From the sequence record OY726582: a stretch of 64,000 bases of DNA, one strand, 5' to 3'. Source of the stretch: Escherichia phage vB_Eco_NicPhage. Under the pieces are notes generated by a model. The model saw only the letters and a program-made list of their open reading frames with translations, did no database searches and was not told where the DNA came from. This document shows, one piece after another, positions 23,645-33,036 of this stretch. The position numbers and the translations under genes are program-made. Position 1 is the first letter of the stretch. Each line of letters starts with the position of its first letter.

Positions 23645-24928
23645 ATGAGTAAAATCCAAAAATTATTGCGTGAATCTACAACGTCTACTAGCAACTCAAT
23701 TGGTCGCCCAAATCTCGTTGCTTTGACTCGCGCTACGACTAAATTAGTATATTCTGACATTGTAGCAACACAAAGAACTAATCAACCTGTTGCTGCTTTT
23801 TATGGTATCAAATATCTTAACCCAGATAATGAATTTACATTTAAAACTGGTGCTACTTATGCTGGCGAAGTTGGATATGTAGACCGAGAAAAAATTACTG
23901 AACTCACAGAAGAATCAAAAGTCACACTAAATAAAGGTGATTTTTTCAAATATAATAATATCGTCTATAAAGTGTTAGAAGATACACCATTTGCAGATAT
24001 TCAAGAAAGTGATCTAGAATTAGCTCTTCAGATTGCAGTCGTTCATTTAAAGGTACGGTTATTTTCAGATGCAGCGGTAACAAGCAAATTTGAAAGCTCT
24101 GATAGCGAAATTTCTGATGCAAGATTCCAGATTAATAAATGGCAAACTTCAGTCAAATCTCGTAAACTTAAAACTGGCCTCACGGTTGAATTAGCGCAAG
24201 ATTTGGAAGCGAATGGATTTGATGCCCCTAACTTCTTAGAAGATTTGCTTGCTACTGAAATGGCTGATGAAATTAATAAAGATATTCTTCAGTCTTTAAT
24301 TACTGTATCGAAACGTTATAAAGTTACTGGAATTACTGACACCGGATTTATTGACTTGAGCTATGCATCCGCTCCAGAAGCAGGTCGTTCATTATATCGA
24401 ATGGTGTGTGAAATGGTATCACACATTCAAAAAGAGACAACTTATACTGCAACGTTTTGTGTAGCCTCAGCTCGTGCAGCTGCTATTCTTGCTGCTTCTG
24501 GTTGGTTAAAACATAAGCCAGAAGATGACAAGTATCTTTCACAAAATGCTTATGGATTCTTGGCAAATGGATTACCTCTTTACTGCGATACCAACAGTCC
24601 GTTAGATTATGTTATTGTGGGTGTTGTAGAAAATATCGGCGAAAAAGAAATTGTAGGGTCCATCTTTTATGCTCCATACACTGAAGGAGTAGATTTAGAT
24701 GACCCGGAACATGTCGGTGCATTTAAAGTTGTAGTTGATCCGGAAAGTTTGCAACCGTCTATCGGATTATTGGTTAGATATGCTTTATCAGCAAATCCTT
24801 ACACAGTAGCAAAAGACGAAAAAGAAGCGAGAATAATTGATGGTGGGGACATGGATAAAATGGCAGGACGTTCAGACTTGTCTGTTTTACTCGGTGTTAA
24901 ATTGCCTAAAATTATTATAGATGAATAA
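23645..24928 (+). CDS. 24: Capsid vertex protein gp24
   Basis: 427 aa, identical to T4 gp24 length; colinear with remembered T4 gp24; late promoter at 23610-23617. Confidence 0.95.
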   Translation: MSKIQKLLRESTTSTSNSIGRPNLVALTRATTKLVYSDIVATQRTNQPVAAFYGIKYLNPDNEFTFKTGATYAGEVGYVDREKITELTEESKVTLNKGDFFKYNNIVYKVLEDTPFADIQESDLELALQIAVVHLKVRLFSDAAVTSKFESSDSEISDARFQINKWQTSVKSRKLKTGLTVELAQDLEANGFDAPNFLEDLLATEMADEINKDILQSLITVSKRYKVTGITDTGFIDLSYASAPEAGRSLYRMVCEMVSHIQKETTYTATFCVASARAAAILAASGWLKHKPEDDKYLSQNAYGFLANGLPLYCDTNSPLDYVIVGVVENIGEKEIVGSIFYAPYTEGVDLDDPEHVGAFKVVVDPESLQPSIGLLVRYALSANPYTVAKDEKEARIIDGGDMDKMAGRSDLSVLLGVKLPKIIIDE

Positions 24929-24937
24929 ACAAAAAAA

Positions 24938-24959
24938 GGGACCTTACGGTCCCTTTTTT
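24938..24959. terminator. Bidirectional intrinsic terminator between convergent gene 24 and rnlB
   Basis: AAAAAAA-GGGACC-TTAC-GGTCCC-TTTTTT: hairpin flanked by an A-tract and a T-tract. Confidence 0.8.
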
Positions 24960-24961
24960 CG

Positions 24962-25960
24962 TTATGATACTAATTCAATCCATGCAGGACGCAGAACATC
25001 TTGCACCATTCGGACTAATTCTTTCTTAACAAGATTCGGATTATCAGATGATGTTAATACAATACCTTCACGAGAAGTTTCTTCCAGAATATCTTGAACA
25101 GTCAATCCCATCACTTTGCCAAAATCTTTTGGCGTTACAGTCCCAATCTTAGAAATAACATTATTAACACGATTTAATGTAACATAACAAGCTAGAACAT
25201 CAAGCAAGTTTTTGTCAATTTCGGTTAATGGAACCTGAGTTTTAATAGGCTTATCAGACTTTTTCTTTTCACTGAATTTAGAGTTCTTGCACTTAATAGC
25301 TACACGAGTACCGTTTGGCAGCCATTTAGGAAAACAAGGCTTCAGAACATAACCTTCTGCTGTATTATCGCCAATAACATTAGCATCAAATACACAATTA
25401 TTTGCTTCTACAAGGTCTTCTGACGCAGTAGCATTATAAGCGGCTAAGACAGAATCAAGGTCGTTTGGAATCATGATAAGAGCATCAAATGTGCCACGTC
25501 CAAGCATTGGTGCCATTTTAAAACCGAATTCATTACAGAAATCTTGCATTTCGTAATCGGTCAAATACGTATTATCACCACTTTCTGTATTGATAAGGAT
25601 ATCGAACACATAAAAATCTTTTTCACCGTAGTCAACACCTTTCTGGATTCCACCACCAGCGAATTCACCAAAGACCTGATATGATACAGCTCGAGAACTA
25701 CCCATTACTTCTTGAACGTTTTTAATAGCCTTATCATACTTCTTGAGTACAATTTCATAACCATAAAAATCTTCTGCTGGAAGAATAGGGCCTGTGCGCT
25801 TGGCGCATGTGACGTTGTCACGTTCAATTATTAACGAGAAGTTAGTCCCATGGATTTTCTCACGTGCTACCCAAACACCAGTAGTCAAACCATTAGTGTA
25901 GAGTTTTTCAATAAACTTAGAGTTGTAGTGGTTTTCAAGACTGCTGTATTTCTTAAACAT
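24962..25960 (-). CDS. rnlB: RNA ligase 2 (Rnl2)
   Basis: 332 aa (T4 334); nucleotidyltransferase motif I KIHGTN (lysine adenylylation site KxHG); syntenic after gene 24. Confidence 0.85.
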   Translation of the reverse strand: MFKKYSSLENHYNSKFIEKLYTNGLTTGVWVAREKIHGTNFSLIIERDNVTCAKRTGPILPAEDFYGYEIVLKKYDKAIKNVQEVMGSSRAVSYQVFGEFAGGGIQKGVDYGEKDFYVFDILINTESGDNTYLTDYEMQDFCNEFGFKMAPMLGRGTFDALIMIPNDLDSVLAAYNATASEDLVEANNCVFDANVIGDNTAEGYVLKPCFPKWLPNGTRVAIKCKNSKFSEKKKSDKPIKTQVPLTEIDKNLLDVLACYVTLNRVNNVISKIGTVTPKDFGKVMGLTVQDILEETSREGIVLTSSDNPNLVKKELVRMVQDVLRPAWIELVS

Positions 25961-26079
25961 AAATCACCATTATAAATAATAATATCAAAATAATTAGCAG
26001 AGACTCTATCTCTGACCGGATGTTTAATTTGAATGGATAGAACCTAGATTCATTATACCATCAAAAATTGTAAAGCATA

Positions 26080-26331
26080 TTAGAACTTGATTTCTATCCA
26101 ATGACCATCACGCTGGTCGTGATTAATTTTGTACTGAAAGCCGTTATCACGAAGCCATTGACCGACTTGTTCAGTTATAGTTAAATCATTCTTTGACGGA
26201 TAGTACGTGAATTGTGTCTGGCCTTTATCAGCGGCTTTCTCTGCCATCACAGAGAAGTTAGTAATAAAATCACTCAACAAATTAGCTTTAGTGGCCAGCG
26301 CCCTTTCTCTTAATTCCTGTGCAAAACTCAT
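26080..26331 (-). CDS. Hypothetical protein (83 aa), T4 24.2/24.3-position
   Basis: ORF tightly packed between rnlB and hoc; overlaps next ORF by 4 nt; no motif recognised. Confidence 0.5.
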   Translation of the reverse strand: MSFAQELRERALATKANLLSDFITNFSVMAEKAADKGQTQFTYYPSKNDLTITEQVGQWLRDNGFQYKINHDQRDGHWIEIKF

Positions 26332-26528
26332 TTCTTCACCTTTTTGTTAATCAAACGTTTACGGTATACAACTTTTTCTTTTGCTTTAAACTTTGACCGA
26401 GCTGTCTCGGCTTTAGTCCATAGTAATCCAACTTCTTTAGGTTGTAAACCAATTTTTTGAGCAATTTCTACGAATGAAAATCCCGCCTCATGTAATGTAT
26501 AAACTTCAACTTCAGCTCTCATAATCAA
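26328..26528 (-). CDS. Small helix-turn-helix-like protein (66 aa) with basic C-terminus
   Basis: Segment SFVEIAQKIGLQPKEVGLLWTKA resembles an HTH DNA-binding motif; C-terminal KFKAKEKVVYRKRLINKKVKK is strongly basic. Confidence 0.5.
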   Translation of the reverse strand: MIMRAEVEVYTLHEAGFSFVEIAQKIGLQPKEVGLLWTKAETARSKFKAKEKVVYRKRLINKKVKK

Positions 26529-26602
26529 TCCCGTATTATTTGGTTTGTGCCATTATATACATAAATCTCAAGTTGTGTTTTGTATGCTTTAAAAACGAAG
26601 AA

Positions 26603-26618
26603 AGGGGCCGAAGCCCCT
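26603..26618 (-). terminator. Minus-strand terminator hairpin downstream of hoc
   Basis: On the minus strand AGGGGC-UUCG-GCCCCU followed by a U-rich stretch. Confidence 0.55.
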
Positions 26619-26623
26619 TACGA

Positions 26624-27754
26624 TTATGGATACGTATAGATGATACCAGTTTCCAAAGCAGTTTTATGGATGATGTATCCATTACGTGATTCTTGAACAT
26701 CAACTTCCGGATAGTCTTTCATCATCTTCTGAAGAGTGTAACGATGCAGGTAGTATTTACTATCTGGATCTTCAGTTTTCCAATCTTTACCTTCTTCAGT
26801 CATTTTTTGGATTTCATCCATAACCCACCAACCGCACCAGATGTAAGCTGAAGTACGATGTGGAAGAGGATGAACATAAGGTAGTTCACCTTCTGGTTCT
26901 GGAGCAACTTTATCAGTTACCTGAACTTGACCTTCTGCTGTAATAGTTTTGCTATCGTAATCAGTTGCAGTAATAGTTGCAGTAACTTCAATAGTTTGAC
27001 TTCCAATAGACGAGGTATCAACGGTATATACATTAGTTGACCCTTCTACAGGAGAAGAATCTTTCTTCCATGAATACGCAATTTGCGCTTCTTCTGGAGC
27101 ATCCGTAACATTAGCCGTAAATGTAGCCGAAGCATCTTGTTGAACATTAATAGAAGGAGGAGTCAATGTAACCTGTGGATTCATTGTCTTCTTATTAACC
27201 GTTAATGATACTTCATTCGAAGTAACTTCCTTTGCATCATAATCTGTCGCAGTTACTTGGGCTACACATTTAATTCTTTTTACTCCACTTGTAGTTGGAG
27301 TATAGCTAAATGTAGAGTTAGTTTCTCCACCAACCTGTGAATCATCTACATACCACTGATACGTAGCAGACGCTCCAGCTGGTTGAGAAGCTAAGGCAGC
27401 AGTAAATTGAACTGGGGTTCCAATTACTCCAGCTGAAGGACTATTGGGAGTTACAGCTAAGGTAGTCGTTTGTGTCTTGTTTTGAACTGTGATGGTTGTA
27501 GAAGCTTCTGCTGTTTCAGCTTCAGCTTCTGGAACTGTATTTGTTGCAACTACTTTAATAGTCTTTTGACCGGCAGGTCCTTTTAGTACATAACTAAAAG
27601 TTGCTTCAGCTCCATCTTGCGGAACATCATCTACAGACCAAGCATATGTAATAGTTCCACCTCCAGTTTCACCACTGGGAGTAGCAGTAAACTGCTTAGT
27701 CTCATCTATAACTCCAGTAGGTGTTTTAGGAGTTATATCAACTGTAAAAGCCAT
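26624..27754 (-). CDS. hoc: Highly immunogenic outer capsid protein Hoc (Ig-like domains)
   Basis: 376 aa, identical to T4 Hoc length; near-identical N-terminus MAFTVDITPKTPTGVIDETKQFTATPSG and C-terminal capsid-binding region; Thr-rich repeated Ig-like modules. Confidence 0.9.
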   Translation of the reverse strand: MAFTVDITPKTPTGVIDETKQFTATPSGETGGGTITYAWSVDDVPQDGAEATFSYVLKGPAGQKTIKVVATNTVPEAEAETAEASTTITVQNKTQTTTLAVTPNSPSAGVIGTPVQFTAALASQPAGASATYQWYVDDSQVGGETNSTFSYTPTTSGVKRIKCVAQVTATDYDAKEVTSNEVSLTVNKKTMNPQVTLTPPSINVQQDASATFTANVTDAPEEAQIAYSWKKDSSPVEGSTNVYTVDTSSIGSQTIEVTATITATDYDSKTITAEGQVQVTDKVAPEPEGELPYVHPLPHRTSAYIWCGWWVMDEIQKMTEEGKDWKTEDPDSKYYLHRYTLQKMMKDYPEVDVQESRNGYIIHKTALETGIIYTYP

Positions 27755-27763
27755 AAGTTATCC

Positions 27764-28432
27764 TTATTTTAATGTTACGAAAGAAGAATTACGAGTTTCA
27801 CGAATTAGAACTGATCCATCGCGATTAATATAATAAATTAAGCTAAATAATGTTTGGTGAGCAGAAGCATGCACAAAACTAGTTGGGCGAGATTTCCAAT
27901 CTGGGGTTTCGGCTATCCATTGATAAATCCACCAAGGAACAGTAACATATCCTGGGCCTTTGCCTAATTTAATGAGTGTAGGACTAAAATTTTCAGGCAG
28001 AACAAATTTTACTTCTTTATTTACCTCTGGCTCCGGCTCTTTTTCAGATTCAACAACCTGAGTAATTGCTTCTTCGAATTTATCATGGTCGAATTCTTTT
28101 TCTTGTTCGACAACTTCTAATACTTCAACTTGTTCTGTTGGAGAATCAAACAACAGAATAGCTTCTTCTTTAACTTCTTCGTTGGTGAAATTAACACCGT
28201 CCACATCATCTGCGGCAGTAATTAAATCGGTGATAGATAATCCATCGGTTTCAGGTAATGGTTCATCAGCCAGTGCGTTAAGAGCTTCTTCGATATCAAT
28301 AACAATATTATCGAATGATTTTGTTTTCTTAACACTAATGCCAAATTGTTCCGCATATTCAAACAGTTTAGCTTTGGCTTCCTTTTTATCAGAAAGAGCA
28401 CGTAACTCTTCAATATAGTCTTTATCGATCAT
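27764..28432 (-). CDS. inh: Inhibitor of prohead protease (Inh)-like acidic protein
   Basis: 222 aa (T4 Inh about 226), acidic, directly downstream of hoc as in T4; assignment is by position and length. Confidence 0.65.
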   Translation of the reverse strand: MIDKDYIEELRALSDKKEAKAKLFEYAEQFGISVKKTKSFDNIVIDIEEALNALADEPLPETDGLSITDLITAADDVDGVNFTNEEVKEEAILLFDSPTEQVEVLEVVEQEKEFDHDKFEEAITQVVESEKEPEPEVNKEVKFVLPENFSPTLIKLGKGPGYVTVPWWIYQWIAETPDWKSRPTSFVHASAHQTLFSLIYYINRDGSVLIRETRNSSFVTLK

Positions 28433-28445
28433 GGTATTTCCTCAT

Positions 28446-28453
28446 TATAAATA
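28446..28453 (+). promoter_or_regulatory. Late promoter TATAAATA upstream of the SegE-like gene
   Basis: Exact TATAAATA 17 nt upstream of the Met at 28470. Confidence 0.45.
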
Positions 28454-28469
28454 TAACTATATTTATTAC

Positions 28470-29213
28470 ATGGAAAAGAGTATGTATCACTTTGTTTATG
28501 AGACCGTAAATTTAATTAATGGTAAAAAGTACATTGGCAAACATTCTACAGAAAATTTAAATGATTCGTATCTAGGGTCAGGTGTTGCCTTAAATCGCGC
28601 TATCAAAAAATACGGAGAAGAATCATTTAAACGTTCAATAATTAAACAATTTGAAACTTCCGCTGAAGCTTTAGAATACGAAGCTCAGTTAGTAACAGAG
28701 GATTTGGTCAAATCTAACGAGTATTATAATATGCGCCAAGGCGGTGAAGGTGGAAGGTATAAGTACACCGAAGCTGATAAGACTAAAATGTCTAATAGTG
28801 CTAAAGAACGAATAAAGAGGCTTGGTCATAATCTTTTAGGAAAACACAGATCGGAAGAAACAAAAAGAAAACTATCTGAAACAAATAAACGTCGATACTC
28901 TGAAGACCCAACATGCCACGGGCGGTATGGTACAGGAAAGCCAAAGATTGATAAAATTAAAGGTCCTAAAAATCCTACAACTCTAAATAAAATTTGTGTT
29001 AACAACGGTAAAGAAAACAGATTTATATCAGCCGAGGACCCGATGCCTGAAGGATTTGTAAAAGGAATGGTCCAACTTAATAGAAAATCTAGAAAGGGCT
29101 GTGAAGTAAAACCTACGACCACCGGCAGAATATGGGTAAATAACGGGGCTATAAATAAATTAGTAAATCCGTTATCCATCCCAGATGGATATGTTAAAGG
29201 CCGTTTAAGGTAA
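28470..29213 (+). CDS. GIY-YIG homing endonuclease with NUMOD3-like repeats (SegE-like by position)
   Basis: YHFVYETVNLINGKKYIGKHS...YLGSG is a canonical GIY-YIG N-terminus; repeated GxxxSEETKxK modules (NUMOD3-like); start moved from ORF-track 28431 to in-frame Met at 28470 because a TATAAATA late promoter (28446-28453) lies inside the longer ORF. Confidence 0.8.
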   Translation: MEKSMYHFVYETVNLINGKKYIGKHSTENLNDSYLGSGVALNRAIKKYGEESFKRSIIKQFETSAEALEYEAQLVTEDLVKSNEYYNMRQGGEGGRYKYTEADKTKMSNSAKERIKRLGHNLLGKHRSEETKRKLSETNKRRYSEDPTCHGRYGTGKPKIDKIKGPKNPTTLNKICVNNGKENRFISAEDPMPEGFVKGMVQLNRKSRKGCEVKPTTTGRIWVNNGAINKLVNPLSIPDGYVKGRLR

Positions 29214-29218
29214 TTATT

Positions 29219-30733
29219 ATGACAGATATTAAAGTACATTTTCACGATTTTAGCCATGTAAGAATTGAATGCGACGAAAGCGTGTTCTATGAATTACGCG
29301 ACTTTTTTAGCTTTGAAGCCGATGGGTACAAATTCAACCCGCGTTACAAATATGGGAACTGGGATGGTAGAATTCGACTTTTAGATTACAACCGTTTGTT
29401 ACCATATGGACTTGTAGGACAAATAAAAAAGTTCTGTAGCAATATGAGTTATTCTGTATGGGTTGACCCTAAAATCTTTGAGACCGAAGACCTTACCAGA
29501 GAAGATTTTGACGCATGGCTTTCTAAACAAGAAATTTATTCGGGCAACGCCAAAATCGAACCACATTGGTATCAAAAAGATGCAGTATATGAAGGACTAG
29601 TTAATCGTCGTCGAATTTTAAACCTTCCGACATCAGCAGGTAAATCACTAATCCAAGCACTTTTAGCTCGATATTATCTAGAGAACTATGAAGGTAAAAT
29701 TCTCATTATCGTCCCTACAACAGCATTGACAACCCAGATGGCTAATGATTTTGTTGATTATCGCTTGTTTAGTCATTCGATGATTAAGAAAATTGGCGGT
29801 GGTGCTGATAAAGCAGACAAATCTAAAAACGACGCTCCAATTATTGTTGGCACATGGCAAACAGTAGTTAAGCAGCCTAAAGAATGGTTCTCTCAGTTCG
29901 GTATGATGATGAACGATGAATGCCACTTAGCAACAGGCAAAAGTATTTCTTCAATCATCGCAGGATTAAATAATTGTATGTTTAAATTCGGTTTATCTGG
30001 CTCATTAAGAGACGGAAAGGCCAATGTAATGCAGTACGTAGGTATGTTCGGCGAAATCTTCCGTCCTGTTAGCACGTCTAAATTAATGGAAGATGGACAG
30101 GTAACTGAGCTTAAGATTAATAGTATTTTCCTTCGTTATCCAGACGAATTCGCCACCAAATTAAAAGGTAAAACATACCAAGAAGAAGTTAAAATTATTA
30201 CCGGACTAAAACGACGTACAAAGTGGATTGCTCAACTTTCAGTCAAATTGGCTAAGAAAGACGAGAACGCTTTTGTAATGTTTAAACACGTTACACACGG
30301 TAAAGAAATATTTGAAGCTATTAAAGAGCTTGGATACGAAAAAGTTTATTACGTATCAGGTGAAGTTGATACTGAAACACGTAACGCGCTTAAAGTCATG
30401 GCAGAAAATGGTAAAGGCATTATTATTGTCGCATCATATGGAGTATTCTCTACTGGTATTTCAGTCAAGAATCTTCATCATGTTATTTTTGCCCATGGTG
30501 TTAAATCAAAAATTATCGTACTTCAAACCGTAGGTCGCGTGCTTCGTAAGCATGGTTCTAAATCTGTTGCTACAGTTTGGGATCTCATCGACGATGCAGG
30601 TGTAAAACCTAAATCATTAAATACTAAAAAGAAGTATACTCATCTTAATTACTTGTTAAAACACGGTATTGATCGTATCCAACGTTACGCTGATGAGAAA
30701 TTTAACTATGTAATGAAAACAATTAATTTATAA
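29219..30733 (+). CDS. uvsW: DNA/RNA helicase UvsW (SF2)
   Basis: 504 aa; Walker A LNLPTSAGKS, DEAH-like NDECH; syntenic. Confidence 0.85.
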   Translation: MTDIKVHFHDFSHVRIECDESVFYELRDFFSFEADGYKFNPRYKYGNWDGRIRLLDYNRLLPYGLVGQIKKFCSNMSYSVWVDPKIFETEDLTREDFDAWLSKQEIYSGNAKIEPHWYQKDAVYEGLVNRRRILNLPTSAGKSLIQALLARYYLENYEGKILIIVPTTALTTQMANDFVDYRLFSHSMIKKIGGGADKADKSKNDAPIIVGTWQTVVKQPKEWFSQFGMMMNDECHLATGKSISSIIAGLNNCMFKFGLSGSLRDGKANVMQYVGMFGEIFRPVSTSKLMEDGQVTELKINSIFLRYPDEFATKLKGKTYQEEVKIITGLKRRTKWIAQLSVKLAKKDENAFVMFKHVTHGKEIFEAIKELGYEKVYYVSGEVDTETRNALKVMAENGKGIIIVASYGVFSTGISVKNLHHVIFAHGVKSKIIVLQTVGRVLRKHGSKSVATVWDLIDDAGVKPKSLNTKKKYTHLNYLLKHGIDRIQRYADEKFNYVMKTINL

Positions 30734-30746
30734 GGGCTTCGGCCCT
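30733..30746 (+). other. RNA hairpin AGGGC-UUCG-GCCCU between uvsW and uvsW.1
   Basis: GC stem with UUCG tetraloop immediately followed by the AGGAG Shine-Dalgarno of uvsW.1. Confidence 0.45.
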
Positions 30747-30758
30747 TAGGAGATAAAA

Positions 30759-30989
30759 ATGGTACTTGAATTTAAACAATTTTTATACGAAGCATCTATT
30801 GACGAATTCATGGGTAAAATTGCTAGTTGTCATACCCTAGAAGGGCTTGAAGAATTGGAAGCTTATTATAAGAAACGTATAAAAGAAACGGAATTAAAAG
30901 ATACAGATGATATTTCTGTCAGGGATGCCTTAGCAGGTAAGCGTGCCGAACTTGAAGGCGATGATGAGGATGTGGAAGAAGACTTCTAA
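30759..30989 (+). CDS. UvsW.1-like small acidic protein
   Basis: 76 aa, same length as T4 UvsW.1, Shine-Dalgarno AGGAG 7 nt upstream, directly downstream of uvsW. Confidence 0.6.
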   Translation: MVLEFKQFLYEASIDEFMGKIASCHTLEGLEELEAYYKKRIKETELKDTDDISVRDALAGKRAELEGDDEDVEEDF

Positions 30990-31070
30990 TTAAAAAAAGG
31001 CCCGACCTTTTTGGAAGGGCCAAAAACCATAGGCAAAAAAGGTAACACTATAGTAAAAGTTGGGTTTCAT

Positions 31071-31214
31071 TCAATTGCTCTTCTGAACTTTCTGAAACCG
31101 GCAATTGTTGGACATAATTATAACAAGGACCAGGATGTGCTGGACCTTTGTCTGTTTCAACAACCAATGCAGAATCGATTGGAGTTTTACAGACAACACA
31201 AATCTTATCTGACA
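31071..31214 (-). CDS. Small hypothetical protein (47 aa), candidate late gene downstream of uvsY
   Basis: Minus-strand ATG at 31214 preceded by AGGAGG (5-nt spacing) and by a minus-strand TATAAATA at 31244-31251; not in the ORF track (below 60 aa); competes with overlapping plus-strand ORF 31011..31217. Confidence 0.3.
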   Translation of the reverse strand, partial: CQIRFVLSVKLQSILHWLLKQTKVQHILVLVIIMSNNCRFQKVQKSN

Positions 31215-31243
31215 TGATTGCCTCCTAAGTTGAAATTACATAT

Positions 31244-31251
31244 CTATTTAT
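31244..31251 (-). promoter_or_regulatory. Minus-strand late promoter TATAAATA upstream of the small ORF at 31071..31214
   Basis: Reverse complement of plus-strand tatttata; 30 nt upstream of a minus-strand AGGAGG-ATG. Confidence 0.4.
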
Positions 31252-31472
31252 ACCACTCGCATGCACATATCGATACCCATATCTTTTGTATAAAAATACT
31301 CGTCGATGTACCCAGCAAACTTCCCTTTAATATAAAGGACGTCTTCGCCACAAGGGTGGTCTGCCAGGATACGAATATCCTGACGACGTAGACGATACTT
31401 TTCCATTAAGAATTTAATTTCAGTTTCAAATTCTTCGTCATTATTAAAGGCATCTTCAATTGAATAACGCAT
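31248..31472 (-). CDS. Hypothetical protein (74 aa), uvsY-downstream small gene
   Basis: Start codon overlaps uvsY stop (ATGA-type coupling); T4 has small uvsY.-1/-2 genes here. Confidence 0.5.
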   Translation of the reverse strand: MRYSIEDAFNNDEEFETEIKFLMEKYRLRRQDIRILADHPCGEDVLYIKGKFAGYIDEYFYTKDMGIDMCMRVV

Positions 31473-31885
31473 TATTGCCCCGCTTCAAATTCTCGCATAT
31501 CCTGGATATGTTTAAGTGCAAAACTACGAGACTTAACTGCGTCAAGTGCACCACTACAGAACTCAAGTAAAATTCCCCAGTATTGTAAAGTAGTCTCTAT
31601 TTTAAGCACATCTTTATCTGCAGCCAGGACAGTTTTCATTTCAGATTTCTCGTATCGGTCCATACTGAATTCATCACCGTCACCTCGTCCCGAGTAGTAG
31701 TCTAATCTTGCTTTTAGAGCAGTTTTCTTCTGAGTCTCTATACGCAACATTTCTTTACGAATAAATGAGTGCTTACGTAGCCATTTGCTGTATAACTTAA
31801 CATTATTCGCCGTCTCATATTGCAACTTTGTCATATCAATAGCTAAGTCTGCGTCTAACTCTTCCTGTAAATCTTCCAGCTTCAT
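31472..31885 (-). CDS. uvsY: Recombination mediator protein UvsY
   Basis: 137 aa, identical to T4 UvsY length; syntenic between uvsW and gene 25. Confidence 0.8.
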   Translation of the reverse strand: MKLEDLQEELDADLAIDMTKLQYETANNVKLYSKWLRKHSFIRKEMLRIETQKKTALKARLDYYSGRGDGDEFSMDRYEKSEMKTVLAADKDVLKIETTLQYWGILLEFCSGALDAVKSRSFALKHIQDMREFEAGQ

Positions 31886-31964
31886 AATATTCTCTCTTTA
31901 ACTAATAATCTCCCGGCTGTATCGGAAGGACCTAAAACCATTATACATAGGTTGCCTTGAAGCA

Positions 31965-32363
31965 TTACACTCTATTGCTTGACGCTAACTGAAGTTTAAT
32001 TTGTTCAATATCGTCAGGGTTGTCTACGACCGAAAATCTAATCTCTACTATAACCGTATAGTCATCATATACTGGCGTTACACTTACAGAAAGTTTGTCG
32101 ATGCGTGGCTCATAGTTACGAACAGCTGCCTGGATATTACGCTCAATCGTATCGGCTGTAAGTGGTGTCATGTTCTCGAAAAGTTCATCAACCAAATCGC
32201 ATCCAAATTCAGGGTCGAAGGGGCGTGAGCCTTTTCTAGTTGTCACTATACCAAGAAGACTATTTTTAATAGAACGAAGTCCTACAGAACGAGCAACGTC
32301 CTTGTTCCAATCCATACGCATTTCTGGATCGATATCTGAATAAAGTTTATTGATATTAGACAT
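31965..32363 (-). CDS. 25: Baseplate wedge protein gp25
   Basis: 132 aa, identical to T4 gp25 length; syntenic. Confidence 0.85.
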   Translation of the reverse strand: MSNINKLYSDIDPEMRMDWNKDVARSVGLRSIKNSLLGIVTTRKGSRPFDPEFGCDLVDELFENMTPLTADTIERNIQAAVRNYEPRIDKLSVSVTPVYDDYTVIVEIRFSVVDNPDDIEQIKLQLASSNRV

Positions 32364-32989
32364 TATAGTAACTCAAAGAATTCTTTGAGGCCTCGTATTG
32401 TGTGAACGTGTGACGCCCCACATTTGGGACATTTAATAGGGGTTGCCAGATAAATTGATGGCGACACCAAAAGATTTTTAATATTGATCATATCATCTTC
32501 TGTTATAAGGCCGTAAAGGTCGTTTATTTCTGCTTCAGTTAAATCTTCAACAGGGATGGACTCTCCATTGACAAAAACGGCCTCAATACATGAAGCAATC
32601 ATTAATGCGATATTTTTATCGTCAAATAATTTAGGTTGACGGAACTTAATTTTAATACCACTGAACGAATACCAGGGATCGGCCTGTTCATCTAATTGAG
32701 TGTGCAATAAATTCATATAGACTTGAAATGAATGCCCACAGGAACAATTCCAGGTGTGTTCTTGATTCACTTCACCTAATGAATGGGCCCACAGATTTAC
32801 CAACAATAACTCGGCTTCTTGTTTAGTCAAGTTTTTAGCGTTAGAGCAATTAGTGATAATATTGTTCACTGCTGATTCAATAGTACCGGTAGCCCGTGCA
32901 CCTATGAGTCCTAAATATTCTTTTAAAGTAAAGGCTCTACAATTCACTTCTTTATCGCCTAAACGTACGGTAAACGTATATTTGTACAT
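32363..32989 (-). CDS. 26: Baseplate hub protein gp26
   Basis: 208 aa, identical to T4 gp26 length; divergent from gene 51 with overlapping late promoters. Confidence 0.8.
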   Translation of the reverse strand: MYKYTFTVRLGDKEVNCRAFTLKEYLGLIGARATGTIESAVNNIITNCSNAKNLTKQEAELLLVNLWAHSLGEVNQEHTWNCSCGHSFQVYMNLLHTQLDEQADPWYSFSGIKIKFRQPKLFDDKNIALMIASCIEAVFVNGESIPVEDLTEAEINDLYGLITEDDMINIKNLLVSPSIYLATPIKCPKCGASHVHTIRGLKEFFELL

Positions 32990-33007
32990 GTTAACTCCTT
33001 TATTGTG

Positions 33008-33019
33008 TATTTATAAATA
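33008..33019. promoter_or_regulatory. Overlapping divergent late promoters (TATTTATAAATA) for gene 26 (minus) and gene 51 (plus)
   Basis: 12-nt sequence tatttataaata contains TATAAATA on the plus strand (33012-33019) and its reverse complement on the minus strand (33008-33015), between the divergent gp26 and gp51 start codons. Confidence 0.55.
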
Positions 33020-33036
33020 ATAGAAAAGGAGTAATT

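Noticed and set aside
25971-25978. Plus-strand TATAAATA immediately beside the rnlB start
   Set aside because: Would drive transcription antisense through 2.5 kb of minus-strand genes with no plus-strand gene to serve. At this AT content an 8-mer like this is expected by chance roughly a dozen times in 64 kb, so unpositioned matches are not called.
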